A stretch of DNA of 48,501 bases, from NCBI GenBank assembly GCA_003022365.1, contig PXOU01000011.1:1-48501 (forward strand), in the 5' to 3' direction. The notes under the pieces were generated by a model that did no database searches, was not told the DNA's origin, and saw nothing but the letters and a program-made list of their open reading frames with translations. Position 1 is the stretch's first letter; every line of letters begins with the position of its first letter. Below are positions 1 to 9,308 of this stretch, piece by piece. A program made the translations under genes and the position numbers. Source of the DNA: Candidatus Saccharibacteria bacterium QS_5_54_17. Its GTDB lineage: Bacteria > Patescibacteriota > Saccharimonadia > QS-5-54-17.

Positions 1-166
1 CCTTTCATGTCTTAAGTTTGTATAGCTAGAGACAAGTATACGGGTGTCGCCCTATATATTTAAACGACGTGTCGCATCGTTAGTGAGAATTATGCGACAC
101 ACGGGTAATTGAACCGGCTACCGGCAATCGATTACCATAAGCTAAAGCTACAAGGGAGGTACCGTT

Positions 167-430
167 ATGGCGAATGTCAAAATACAGGAGTTATCGATTA
201 CCGGGTGCGATAATTGCGCCGCTGTCCGGGGGGTGTTGGAGGAAGAAATCCAGCCCGAATTTCCGGAGGTGGAACTGGAATTTATCGATATGCTATCGGA
301 CGAAGGACAACAGATAGCCGGCGAACACGGCATCATGTCTTCCCCGGGCATCATCGTCAACGGCGAGCTGTTTGCCGTGGGCGGAATGGACAAGAATAAA
401 TTGATAGACAAAATCCGCCAATTGTCTTAA
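167..430 (+). CDS. Thioredoxin/glutaredoxin-like protein
   Basis: CxxC (GCDNC), later cis-Pro motif MSSPGIIVNG; RBS GGAGG upstream. Confidence 0.85.
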   Translation: MANVKIQELSITGCDNCAAVRGVLEEEIQPEFPEVELEFIDMLSDEGQQIAGEHGIMSSPGIIVNGELFAVGGMDKNKLIDKIRQLS

Positions 431-508
431 GTCGCGGGCGGGCACCGGTTTTTCCCGAAGACCACCTTTCCCTGGTTTTAATGTGACAAAAACTTATTGG
501 ACCATCTT

Positions 509-645
509 TGTCATTCCGAACTTGTTTCGGAATCTAATTCTGCAACAGGGAAACGGATCCCGGATCACTTCGACCTTGCTCAGTGCGGGCGGGGTCCGGG
601 ATGACAACAGAAAGTTTGTTATTACGAGGCTACTTTTTTGTCATT
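509..645. repeat. GTCAT-type palindromic (REP-like) repeat cluster
   Basis: GTCATTCCGAACTTGTTTCGGAATC and GATCCCGG..TCCGGGATGAC units that recur throughout the window. Confidence 0.85.
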
Positions 646-682
646 CCCGCCGCCGCGCTCCATCCTTTATAATCGCCCATGT

Positions 683-1972
683 ATGAATCCGGACTCACAC
701 CCCGACATCGACCAGCAACACCTCCGGGAGCGGGCACGGGAAGTTCTGCTGAATAACTACCACGCTACGGGCGACCGCTATATCACACCGGCCTGGCCGC
801 ACTACAAGAACCAATGGGTGTGGGACAGCTCCTTCCACGCCATCGCCTGCGGGGAACTCGGGATGGGCGAACTGGCCAAAAATGAAATCCGCACCTTGCT
901 GGAATTCCAGGACGGCCGGGGATGGATCCCGCACCGGATTTATCACGGCCAGTATAATCTGCTGGATCTGGAACGGCCCTTGTACCGGACTGGCGGCTGG
1001 CACCCGGAAACCAGCCAACTGGTCGGCCAGCCGGTTATCGCTCAGGCCGTGGAGGCCATCAACGAGCCGGCATTTACGGCCGAAGTCATCGAGCAGCTGG
1101 TCACATTTTACCGATATTTCCTGCGTTATCGGGACGCGGAGAATATCCTCTCCATCATTTCTCCCCGGGAATCGGGCCGGGACGCAGCGCCGGAGTTCGA
1201 CTTTTTCCGCCCCGTCATGCCTAAAACTTTCCGGGTCTTGGGCAAATTGCTGGATCCGCTGTACGTATTGCGGCTGGACTGGCGGCTGATGCGGGCCGGC
1301 TGGGACGAGGCGGAAATCTTCCGGCGGAATATCTTCCACGTCAAAGATGTGGCCGAGCACTGCATCTTCATCGACGGGTTGTACGCGCTCGGTAAGCTGC
1401 TGGAGCAGACCGACCGCACGGGGTTATTCCCGGATATCAAAGCGGTGACGCTGCGGTGTGAACGGGCGTTGCTGGAGCAAGCGTGGGATGAGGTTTCCCG
1501 GACGTTTTACCCGTTGCGGGTGGAGCATACCAAGGACGGCCAATGGCGGCTGGAGCCCATCCGGGAGCTGTCTTTAGGCGCCCTGTTTCCGCTGTTATTG
1601 CGCGATTTGCCGGCGGATATACTCGAGCAACTGGTGGCGGATGTGAGTGATCCGAAATCCTTCGGCACGCCGTATCCGGTGCCGTCAGTGCCGGCCTGCC
1701 ATCCGCGTTTCGACCCGTCGGGAAAGTTTCCCATCTGGCGCGGACCCACGTGGATCAACAGCAATTGGTTTCTCATCCGCGGACTTATGCGGCAGGGGCG
1801 AGTGGAGACGGCGCGGCACATTGCCCGTGCCAGTTTGGATATGGTGAGCAGGGAAGGGTTCCGCGAATTTTTCGACCCCTTCGACGGCAGCGGTATGCGG
1901 GTCGATGATTTCGGCTGGAGCACCCTGGTGACGACGTTCCCCGGTCTTGTCGATGACCCGTCCTCGGAATGA
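683..1972 (+). CDS. GH63/MGH1-like (trehalase-like) glycoside hydrolase
   Basis: YxxQWVWDSSFHA, ESGRD, WRGPTWINSNW, FREFFDP and FGWS motifs; ATG 683 lies 9 nt after TATAAT. Confidence 0.85.
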   Translation: MNPDSHPDIDQQHLRERAREVLLNNYHATGDRYITPAWPHYKNQWVWDSSFHAIACGELGMGELAKNEIRTLLEFQDGRGWIPHRIYHGQYNLLDLERPLYRTGGWHPETSQLVGQPVIAQAVEAINEPAFTAEVIEQLVTFYRYFLRYRDAENILSIISPRESGRDAAPEFDFFRPVMPKTFRVLGKLLDPLYVLRLDWRLMRAGWDEAEIFRRNIFHVKDVAEHCIFIDGLYALGKLLEQTDRTGLFPDIKAVTLRCERALLEQAWDEVSRTFYPLRVEHTKDGQWRLEPIRELSLGALFPLLLRDLPADILEQLVADVSDPKSFGTPYPVPSVPACHPRFDPSGKFPIWRGPTWINSNWFLIRGLMRQGRVETARHIARASLDMVSREGFREFFDPFDGSGMRVDDFGWSTLVTTFPGLVDDPSSE

Positions 1973-2008
1973 CGTAGGGGCACGGAAGGACAGAGAGGGT
2001 AACAAAAA

Positions 2009-2125
2009 TTGTCATCCTGAACTTGTTTCAGGATCCTTTTGCAAGGAACGTCCTTGCAATATTAAAAATCGCTACCAAAAGCGCTACTTGGCGCAAAATT
2101 ACAAGGACGTTCCTTGCAATTGCGC
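2009..2125. repeat. REP-like unit plus two TTGCAAGG..CCTTGCAA palindromes
   Basis: TGTCATCCTGAACTTGTTTCAGGATC followed by two imperfect palindromes. Confidence 0.75.
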
Positions 2126-2214
2126 TGTCTCTCACTTACTCCTTACTCCTTGCTTCCTCTTCCTGTCCTCCCGAACCCCGATCATTCCCTCAACTTGACC
2201 TATGTAGTATAGTG

Positions 2215-3036
2215 ATGGGTAATATGTCGGAGAAGTTGTCCAAATACGAGGATGAACTGTTCGGTGAAGATTTTGATCAACGGTTTCACGAACATTTCAA
2301 CGCCTTTCTGGGCTGGGCGCCGACGGTCGCTGAACGGTATAAGCGGGCGTGGGAAATCGCCGATCCCGATTATCAAAATGAAGCCGGCCTCTGGGTGCCG
2401 ACGCACCATATGGGGCACAACACCCTGTTGGCCAACTGGGGGAGCCCGGAGCAGCATTTAGCCCGTGTCTACTACCAACTCAGTGAGTTGAAGCACGCCG
2501 CCAAGGAAACCCCGGCAGGAGAAACGGTTATCGTGGGCGAGCCGCTGCCGGCTGATAGCATGGACACCATCCACCAGATGCCAGGGGAGCAATCCGGCAA
2601 CGAAAACTCCCCGGCGCCCCTCGACGTTTTGAGCGAGCCCATACATTTCCGCATCGGCCGCCTGACTTCCGATTGGGTGGATCATCAATACAGAAGCAGG
2701 CCTGAGGCGAAGGGTACGCGCCTCCGGAACATCGAGCCACCGTTCTTGTTAGCCGCGGCCCGCCTGGAATTGAGCCAGAGCCATCAACGGTATATGTATT
2801 ATGGCCAGTCGCGTCAGGTCGAGGATTCCTGGCGTGATATCGAGCAGACCCGCGTTGTCACCCTCGCTTCCACGCTTTCCAGCCAGCGGGGGAAATACCA
2901 GCAGCAACACTTCGCCGAAACTTCGCCCATCGTCATCGGCAACCAGGAGTGTGCTGAATTTCTCGAGCAACTGGAATATGCCTATGCCATCGATCCCGAG
3001 CAATCCATCAGCGAACAGTATCGGCAGATGCCGTAA
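2215..3036 (+). CDS. Hypothetical protein
   Basis: Long ORF; the upstream extension in the ORF track is repeat-derived; start is ATG 2215 or 2224. Confidence 0.7.
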   Translation: MGNMSEKLSKYEDELFGEDFDQRFHEHFNAFLGWAPTVAERYKRAWEIADPDYQNEAGLWVPTHHMGHNTLLANWGSPEQHLARVYYQLSELKHAAKETPAGETVIVGEPLPADSMDTIHQMPGEQSGNENSPAPLDVLSEPIHFRIGRLTSDWVDHQYRSRPEAKGTRLRNIEPPFLLAAARLELSQSHQRYMYYGQSRQVEDSWRDIEQTRVVTLASTLSSQRGKYQQQHFAETSPIVIGNQECAEFLEQLEYAYAIDPEQSISEQYRQMP

Positions 3037-3074
3037 TCAACAACTATTGCTATAAACTATTCTGGGGATGTAGC

Positions 3075-3355
3075 CAGATTCGGGGCTCGGCGGCCGGAAT
3101 GACAAAGAGGAGTGTCATCCCGGACCCGTCATCCTGAATTTATTTCAGGATCTATTTCAGGACCGGATTCCGAAACTGATCCCGGATCGGGGTCCGGGAT
3201 GACGTCTTCGGAATGACAAAGCGGATTTGCATTTTCCGCTTACTTCCTCTCCCTGTCATCCTGAACTTGTTTCAGGATCTGTTCCAAAGCTGATTCCAAA
3301 ACTTGCTTCTTGCTCCCTGTTCCTTGCTCCCTGTCTACCGTCTACTGTCTACTCC
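3075..3355. repeat. REP-like cluster plus heptamer tandem repeats
   Basis: GTCATCCTGAA..TTCAGGATC units, then cttgctt/cttgctc/cctgttc/cctgtct heptads. Confidence 0.85.
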
Positions 3356-3688
3356 TTTGGGGGACGGCCAAAGCACCTCAGGCGCGCTTGATAATCACGG
3401 TATTGCTAACAGGTATCATAAAAATAAAACAATGCGGTCCGGGAACGTGGAGAAAAGAGAAAAACGGTGGGGTTAGCGGCCTATGGCCAAGGAAAAAGGG
3501 AAATAAAAGCCGGCTGGGACAGTATGAGGTGTGCTCGGTGGTTAGGACTGGTTATTCTGCCAAGGTTTTAACAGATGTTACTCGGAGCGGGCGGACTGGT
3601 TGCTTCTGGGAGAATATTAAGAGGGCCGAAGGTGCCATCAATGCTACGGAGGGGAACAAAGATGACACCCCGGCCGTCGTGATGAAAG

Positions 3689-3841
3689 CTAATCTTCAGG
3701 AACCGTAATGACATCCGGCGGGTAAATAACTCGAAATGGCCTCAAGTGAGGGCGCTTCGAGCTACCCGCAAAGATGAAGCCAAAGCCGGCTTCGGCTTCA
3801 TCTTGCTGGTCGCCACCGCTATTGCTCTGCACTCCCTGCAT
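3689..3841 (-). CDS. Possible 50-aa small protein
   Basis: Strong RBS AAGGAG just upstream of ATG 3841; TTGACA at 4030-4035 on the minus strand; no recognisable motif. Confidence 0.3.
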   Translation of the reverse strand: MQGVQSNSGGDQQDEAEAGFGFIFAGSSKRPHLRPFRVIYPPDVITVPED

Positions 3842-4107
3842 GTTTCTCCTTTGGTTCAGCTGCTGCCGGAATAGCAGCTCGCTGGGTATGGGATACCCAC
3901 TGAGCTGCCATTCCGGAAAACTCCGGACCGCATTGTCAAGGTAGTCCGGCATTATTCCGGACATGGGCGCCTAAATTCCTTCTGAACCTACGCGCGTTAC
4001 CCATAATGTATACAATACGCTAAACTATATGTCAACACTTACAAACGCGGCTCATTTCTAGCTTTTTACGATTATGGCGAATATGGGCTTAAAACATGGC
4101 CATAAAA

Positions 4108-4198
4108 AAGCAAAAACCCCGGCGAACCGGGGATTTGCCGACTGGAAGTTACCTCCAGCCTTGTACTTTTAATATAGTACATATTACGGGTATTTCAA
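4108..4198 (-). ncRNA. Candidate small RNA cassette 1 (promoter, hairpin, terminator)
   Basis: Minus strand TTGAAA-16-TATATT, then GGCTGGAGG-TAA-CTTCCAGTC hairpin, then CCCCGG-TTCG-CCGGGG-TTTTT. Confidence 0.5.
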
Positions 4199-4239
4199 GG
4201 TTTTGCTACAATGGAAGTATAAGAAAAAAGGAATCGATC

Positions 4240-4461
4240 ATGTCTTCACAGCGTCAGAAAACTCAGTCAGGGAAATACCGCAATGAACGCGGCGACATCC
4301 TTGTGGGGTGGGTGGAAGAAGAGTACAACGTTGATTTCGGCGTGCGCTCGGACATGACGCTGAAGACGTATTTGAAAAGACAAGGGGTTCCATCGTTCGC
4401 TAAAGTTTTGGATGACGTAAACCAGACACAACAGAAACAACAAAAACCTAAAAAGAAGTAA
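4240..4461 (+). CDS. Small basic hypothetical protein (73 aa), coupled to the downstream HEPN gene
   Basis: TGcTACAAT at 4204-4212, RBS AAGGA; its stop abuts the next ATG. Confidence 0.75.
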   Translation: MSSQRQKTQSGKYRNERGDILVGWVEEEYNVDFGVRSDMTLKTYLKRQGVPSFAKVLDDVNQTQQKQQKPKKK

Positions 4462-4989
4462 ATGTCCGATACGGCAACGCTATTCCAAAATGCGGAAACT
4501 ACTGTCGAAGAAGTAGTAGTGATGCTCTCTCATGCCCAGCAAGTTACGCACTCGCAGCGAACCACTTACTACCGTTCAGCCCTTTTTCTCAGCGCCTCCA
4601 TTACTGAAGCTATTTTGTATGAACTAATTCGACGACATTTGGATAATAATCCCGAATTGTGCAACGTAAAAACCAGTACCAAATACAAGAAAATCCATAC
4701 GCTCCCCCGGGTAGTGAGGAGCGATAAACAATTAGTAGTTTGCGAAAAAGAAACACATCCCTTTAGGCTTGGTGGGCAAACAGGTTTTAAGGAGATGAAT
4801 GAATTCGCGTTAAAGGCCGAACTTATTACGCGTTCTATATTCAACAGACTGGAAAATGTACGGAAGCGGAGAAATGAGATACACCTTCATGCCTTAAGTA
4901 GCAGTAGACGTAGCTTCAGGAAATATGACATAGAAAAAACTGCTAATGTGACCCACTTACTAGTCAGGCGATTGCTTAACGATTTCTAG
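4462..4989 (+). CDS. HEPN-like domain protein (putative RNase toxin)
   Basis: All-helical appearance; ASITEAIL (conserved E) and RRNEIH (Rx4H) motifs. Confidence 0.65.
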   Translation: MSDTATLFQNAETTVEEVVVMLSHAQQVTHSQRTTYYRSALFLSASITEAILYELIRRHLDNNPELCNVKTSTKYKKIHTLPRVVRSDKQLVVCEKETHPFRLGGQTGFKEMNEFALKAELITRSIFNRLENVRKRRNEIHLHALSSSRRSFRKYDIEKTANVTHLLVRRLLNDF

Positions 4990-5063
4990 CGGACGGATAT
5001 ACAGACGTTCTAAAAATCGAGAAAGATATTTGGGGTAGTAAAATCCGGCACCGGGGGCAAAAA

Positions 5064-5174
5064 TGAAAAACGCCCCTCTGAGGGAGGGACGTTCCCGGAT
5101 GTGATACCCCAACAGTTATGGAGATATAAACTGTTGGACATTTTTATAATAGCAAATTACAAAAGTATTTTCAA
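5064..5174 (-). ncRNA. Candidate small RNA cassette 2 (promoter, hairpin, terminator)
   Basis: Minus strand TTGAAA-17-TATTAT with extended TG; 9-bp stem CCAACAGTT/AACTGTTGG; GC hairpin followed by a U run. Confidence 0.55.
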
Positions 5175-5448
5175 GACTACGTGTCAATGCTAATTCATGT
5201 ATTAATCTGCCGGCATCGCCTCATCCGTCTCGGTTAGGATTTTGGTGATTTTTTAGCAAGGGTTAGCGTTTGGCCGTGGCCAACTCGGTGCTATTGCGGG
5301 CAGCCTCCCGCGCCCGGTCCCAAAAATCGGTCCGTCCGGCTTGGCGGCCATAGAGGCGGAAGGCGAATACCCTGTGGGGAGCGTTTTTTGCTTCATAATG
5401 CTATGGATGTTAGGTTAACTGCTAAGTATCTAATTGTGGAGTGTGAAA

Positions 5449-8400
5449 ATGTTTGATCAATTTACCAACATATATTCACTTGATAAAACACTGCGTTTCA
5501 AACTAAATCCGGTTGGAAACACGCCAGATCTACTCGAGCAGAACCAAGTACTGAAAAAAGACCAAACCATTGAAAACAGCTACCAGCAAGCCAAACCGTA
5601 CCTTGACGAATTGCATCGCAGACTTATCAATGAAGCGCTTACTCCGGAAAACTTGCGAAACTTCCCGTTCAATGAATATGCAGCAGCGTATGAGTATATA
5701 AAAGAAATCAATCGCAACCGTTACTCCGCAAATAACAAAAAAGAAACCGCTGCTTCCAATGAATGGGAGAGCAAGAAAAGCGACTTCAGGAAAGCTGTTG
5801 TGGACATGCTCAACCAGCAAGCGGATCATTGGAAACAAAAGTACCAAGACTTAGAATTCAACAAAGGCGAATTAGAAAGGAAAGGTACTAATTTCTTAAC
5901 TTCTCCCGCCATAAACAAAATCCTCAAAACCGAGTTCCCGCCAGAAAAAGAGCAAGAATTAGTTGATAAGGGGTTCCCTTCACTGCATGTAGACGAAGAA
6001 GAGAATTCTGGTGAAAAACGCTACATTTTTGAAAGCTTTGACAAATTTGCTACTTATTTATCGCGTTTTCAGCAAACCAGGCAAAATCTGTATACCAGTG
6101 AAGATAAGGCTACAGCTATAGCAACACGGGTTGTTGCTAATTTTACTACTTTCATGCAGAACATCCATGAATTTCGAGACAAGCACTCATCGATAGAAGA
6201 TGAGTTGAATTTAAGCCAGGATGAAAAACGTATATTTGAACCGGTATCTTATCGGCATTACGTGTTGCAAGCGGATATTGAGGAGTACAACGCGGTAATC
6301 GGCGACATCAACAAGCGCATGAAAGAATTGCGCGATCAAAAACATAAAAACCCTAACTACAAAAAAACTGACTACCCTCTCCTGAGTACACTCGACAAAC
6401 AAATACTCGGGCTTCAAGAAAAGGAGCACCAACTCATTGAGGACGATGAAGACGTTTGGCCGTGTGTTGAAGAACTTTTAAACATTTCGGAACAACATTT
6501 CCCGGCCCTTCAGAAGTCAGTCAACGCACTTTCGGAAACGTTTTTTGAACCAGAATTACCCAACATTTACCTCAAAGACAAGAACGTTAACACTATTTCT
6601 AACCGCTGGTTTGTGAATGGAGACGATTTCTTGATCAGATTGCCGCAAAAAAACAAGAAAAAAGATGAGAAAGACACTCCAAAAATTAAAACGTTCATCT
6701 CCCTTCAAGACGTACGAACGGCAATCGATGACATGGAAGGGGTGTTATTCAAGGATCGGTTTTATGAAGAAGGTGCAATTAGCCCCGACCAATCAACTTG
6801 GCAGCAATTCCTTGGCATTTTTCAACACGAACTCTCCAACGCCATGGAAGAGTACTATCAATCAGCACGGTCATTGCGTGAGGTAAAGGATGCTGATCCC
6901 GCGTTCGACAAAGAACACCATACACCTGTTATCAAAGAATTCGCGGACGCGTGTTTACGAGTTTACCGCCTACTTGACTACTTTGCGCTTACGCACAGAC
7001 AGTCAAGCCAAATTCCCGATGTGTTCAGTACGGAGTTTTATGAGGAGTTCGATGCTCATTTTTATGAAGTGAATGTGCCGCGATATTATAACGCCCTCCG
7101 GGATTACATTGCCCAGGTGTTTTACGGAGAAGACAAAATCAAGCTTAATTTCGGCAAAGGAAATCTTTTAGGAGGATGGTCGGAGAGTCGTCGCAACGGC
7201 GCTCAATACTGCGGGTATATATTACGACGGCCCCAAACCAACACATACTACCTTGCCATCACGGATAATCCCTGGATTTTGGACACCGAAAAACATTCCG
7301 AGATTAAAGACACCAGCAACGGTATGTATGAAAAAATGGAGTACTCACAGCTTAAGGCACAAACTATTTACGGCCCCAGCTACGAGGGCGAGTTCGGTGT
7401 TAGTTATGATACTGATAAACAAAATTCAACCAACCAGAAGATCATTGAACGTGTTAAACGTCTACTACAGAAAAATTTTGTTGAGCAATATCCAGAACTC
7501 CAGACCATAATAGACAGGGAATACTCTGACGCTGATGCGTTAGCAAGGGAGGTTTCGAACCAAAATCTCTACAGAATCAGTTTCGTCCCTGTTAGCGCGG
7601 AATATATTGAGCAGGGAAGATATGAAGCTAAAAGAGGTGGATATAATCACTTATATATTTTCGAGATCACCAATAAAGATTTGGCCAAGCCCCACTCCGG
7701 GGGCAATCCCAACCTACACACCAGTTACTTCCTCCATTTATTCAGTCAAGAAAACTTATCCAATCCAGTATTAAAACTAAGCGGCAATGCCGAAATATTT
7801 TTCCGTCCCGGAAACCACGATTTACCCACTAAAACCGACTCGCTTGGTAAGCAGGTCACTACGCATAAACGCTACAGCAAAGATACATTGCTGTTCCATC
7901 TACCCGTAAGTATCAATTTTAAAAAAGGAAGCATGAAACCTAAACAGTTTAACGACATAACGAATCAAAAAATCGCTGATCAACCAAAAGACAACCTAAA
8001 TATTATCGGCATAGACAGAGGTGAAAAACACCTTGTTTATTATTCGGTGGTTGATTGTCATGGTCGGATCCTGGATCAGGGCAGCCTGAATGAAATCAAC
8101 GGGATCGACTATCATCGGCTTTTGGACGAACGGGAGAAAGAAAGGATTAAAAACCGCCAGTCTTGGGAACCGATCGAAGACATCAAGAACCTCAAAAAAG
8201 GGTACATCTCACACGTCGTGCACGCCTTATCCCGGCTCGCCGTGGAGCATAATGCCATCATCGTGATGGAAGATTTGAACATGCGGTTCAAGCAGATTCG
8301 GGGCGGAATAGAGAAAGGTACCTATCAACGCTTGGAACGGCAACTTATAGATAAACTGAATTATTTGGTTTTTAAGGACCGTGACGCGCGTGAAACGGGT

Positions 8401-9282
8401 GGTATACTTCGGGGGTATCAACTAACGGCGCCCTTTGAATCTTTCGAAAAGATGGGCAAGCAAACCGGCACTATTTTTTATACCGAAGCCGGGTATACAT
8501 CGGTTACTGACCCGTTGACCGGTTTTAGAAAAAACATATACCTCAAAAACTCCGATACCGTAGAAAATTTGAAGCAAGCCATCAACACGTTCCACACCAT
8601 AGAGTGGGACGAACAACGGGAAAGCTATTACTTCCGATACGATGTCGCCGACTTCAGCAAAAGCAAAGACACTCCTTCCCGAATATGGGAGGTATATGCC
8701 AACGTGCCGCGCATCATTCGCAAGAAAGTGGATGAACGCTGGACAGCCGCACCTGTTAATCCCAATGATTTACTTGCTGAACTTCTTCAAACGTATGACT
8801 TTGAAAACCCCTATGGGGACGTTCTGGAGCAGATTAGAATCAAGGAAGAAGCCGGAGAACTCAAAGGTGAACGTGAGTTCGACGGGGAACAACGTAACTT
8901 TTATAAATCGCTTGTATATATCTTTAACCTGATTCTGCAACTCAGGAACTCCATGAGTCATAAATACCGGGTAGAAAATGACTCGGTAATTACTGAAGGC
9001 GAAGATCTAGATTTCATCGCGTCGCCGGTGCCGCCGTTCTTTACCACCGAAAGTTCTTACTCTACGGCCAATTTCGGCGGATTCGAGCAGCGTTTTATCG
9101 GTAACCCCCAAGCCAGGGAAAAGTTCATGGAAGAATTCAACGGCGATGCCAATGGTGCCTATAACATCGCCCGCAAAGGAGTCCTGCTTCTCGACAGAGT
9201 CCGGGAAAACCCATCTAACCCCGATATTTTCATAACCAACCAAGAGTGGGATCGGGCGGCAACTGAATGGGATACATCGTAA
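5449..9282 (+). CDS. cas12a: Type V-A CRISPR effector Cas12a (Cpf1)
   Basis: N-terminal FTNIYSLDKTLRFKL, KIKLNF, RuvC-I IIGIDRGEKHL, RuvC-II IVMEDLN, RuvC-III DANGAYNIARKG; about 1277 aa. Confidence 0.98.
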   Translation: MFDQFTNIYSLDKTLRFKLNPVGNTPDLLEQNQVLKKDQTIENSYQQAKPYLDELHRRLINEALTPENLRNFPFNEYAAAYEYIKEINRNRYSANNKKETAASNEWESKKSDFRKAVVDMLNQQADHWKQKYQDLEFNKGELERKGTNFLTSPAINKILKTEFPPEKEQELVDKGFPSLHVDEEENSGEKRYIFESFDKFATYLSRFQQTRQNLYTSEDKATAIATRVVANFTTFMQNIHEFRDKHSSIEDELNLSQDEKRIFEPVSYRHYVLQADIEEYNAVIGDINKRMKELRDQKHKNPNYKKTDYPLLSTLDKQILGLQEKEHQLIEDDEDVWPCVEELLNISEQHFPALQKSVNALSETFFEPELPNIYLKDKNVNTISNRWFVNGDDFLIRLPQKNKKKDEKDTPKIKTFISLQDVRTAIDDMEGVLFKDRFYEEGAISPDQSTWQQFLGIFQHELSNAMEEYYQSARSLREVKDADPAFDKEHHTPVIKEFADACLRVYRLLDYFALTHRQSSQIPDVFSTEFYEEFDAHFYEVNVPRYYNALRDYIAQVFYGEDKIKLNFGKGNLLGGWSESRRNGAQYCGYILRRPQTNTYYLAITDNPWILDTEKHSEIKDTSNGMYEKMEYSQLKAQTIYGPSYEGEFGVSYDTDKQNSTNQKIIERVKRLLQKNFVEQYPELQTIIDREYSDADALAREVSNQNLYRISFVPVSAEYIEQGRYEAKRGGYNHLYIFEITNKDLAKPHSGGNPNLHTSYFLHLFSQENLSNPVLKLSGNAEIFFRPGNHDLPTKTDSLGKQVTTHKRYSKDTLLFHLPVSINFKKGSMKPKQFNDITNQKIADQPKDNLNIIGIDRGEKHLVYYSVVDCHGRILDQGSLNEINGIDYHRLLDEREKERIKNRQSWEPIEDIKNLKKGYISHVVHALSRLAVEHNAIIVMEDLNMRFKQIRGGIEKGTYQRLERQLIDKLNYLVFKDRDARETGGILRGYQLTAPFESFEKMGKQTGTIFYTEAGYTSVTDPLTGFRKNIYLKNSDTVENLKQAINTFHTIEWDEQRESYYFRYDVADFSKSKDTPSRIWEVYANVPRIIRKKVDERWTAAPVNPNDLLAELLQTYDFENPYGDVLEQIRIKEEAGELKGEREFDGEQRNFYKSLVYIFNLILQLRNSMSHKYRVENDSVITEGEDLDFIASPVPPFFTTESSYSTANFGGFEQRFIGNPQAREKFMEEFNGDANGAYNIARKGVLLLDRVRENPSNPDIFITNQEWDRAATEWDTS

Positions 9283-9308
9283 ACCAAAAAATATGTATCA
9301 CGAGCACC

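Noticed and set aside
483-686. Short ORFs containing VIPNLFRNL, CHPELVSGS, VILNLFQD or LLxxxYxLL (here and at many other clusters)
   Set aside because: Translations of REP-like and heptamer repeats, not genes
5313-5321. CCCGGTCCC upstream of cas12a, complementary to part of a degenerate-cluster spacer
   Set aside because: Only 9 nt, not in the seed and without a PAM; insufficient to claim autoregulation
5404-5415. TGGATGTTAGGT resembling the reverse complement of the repeat
   Set aside because: Too short and needs a gap; likely chance
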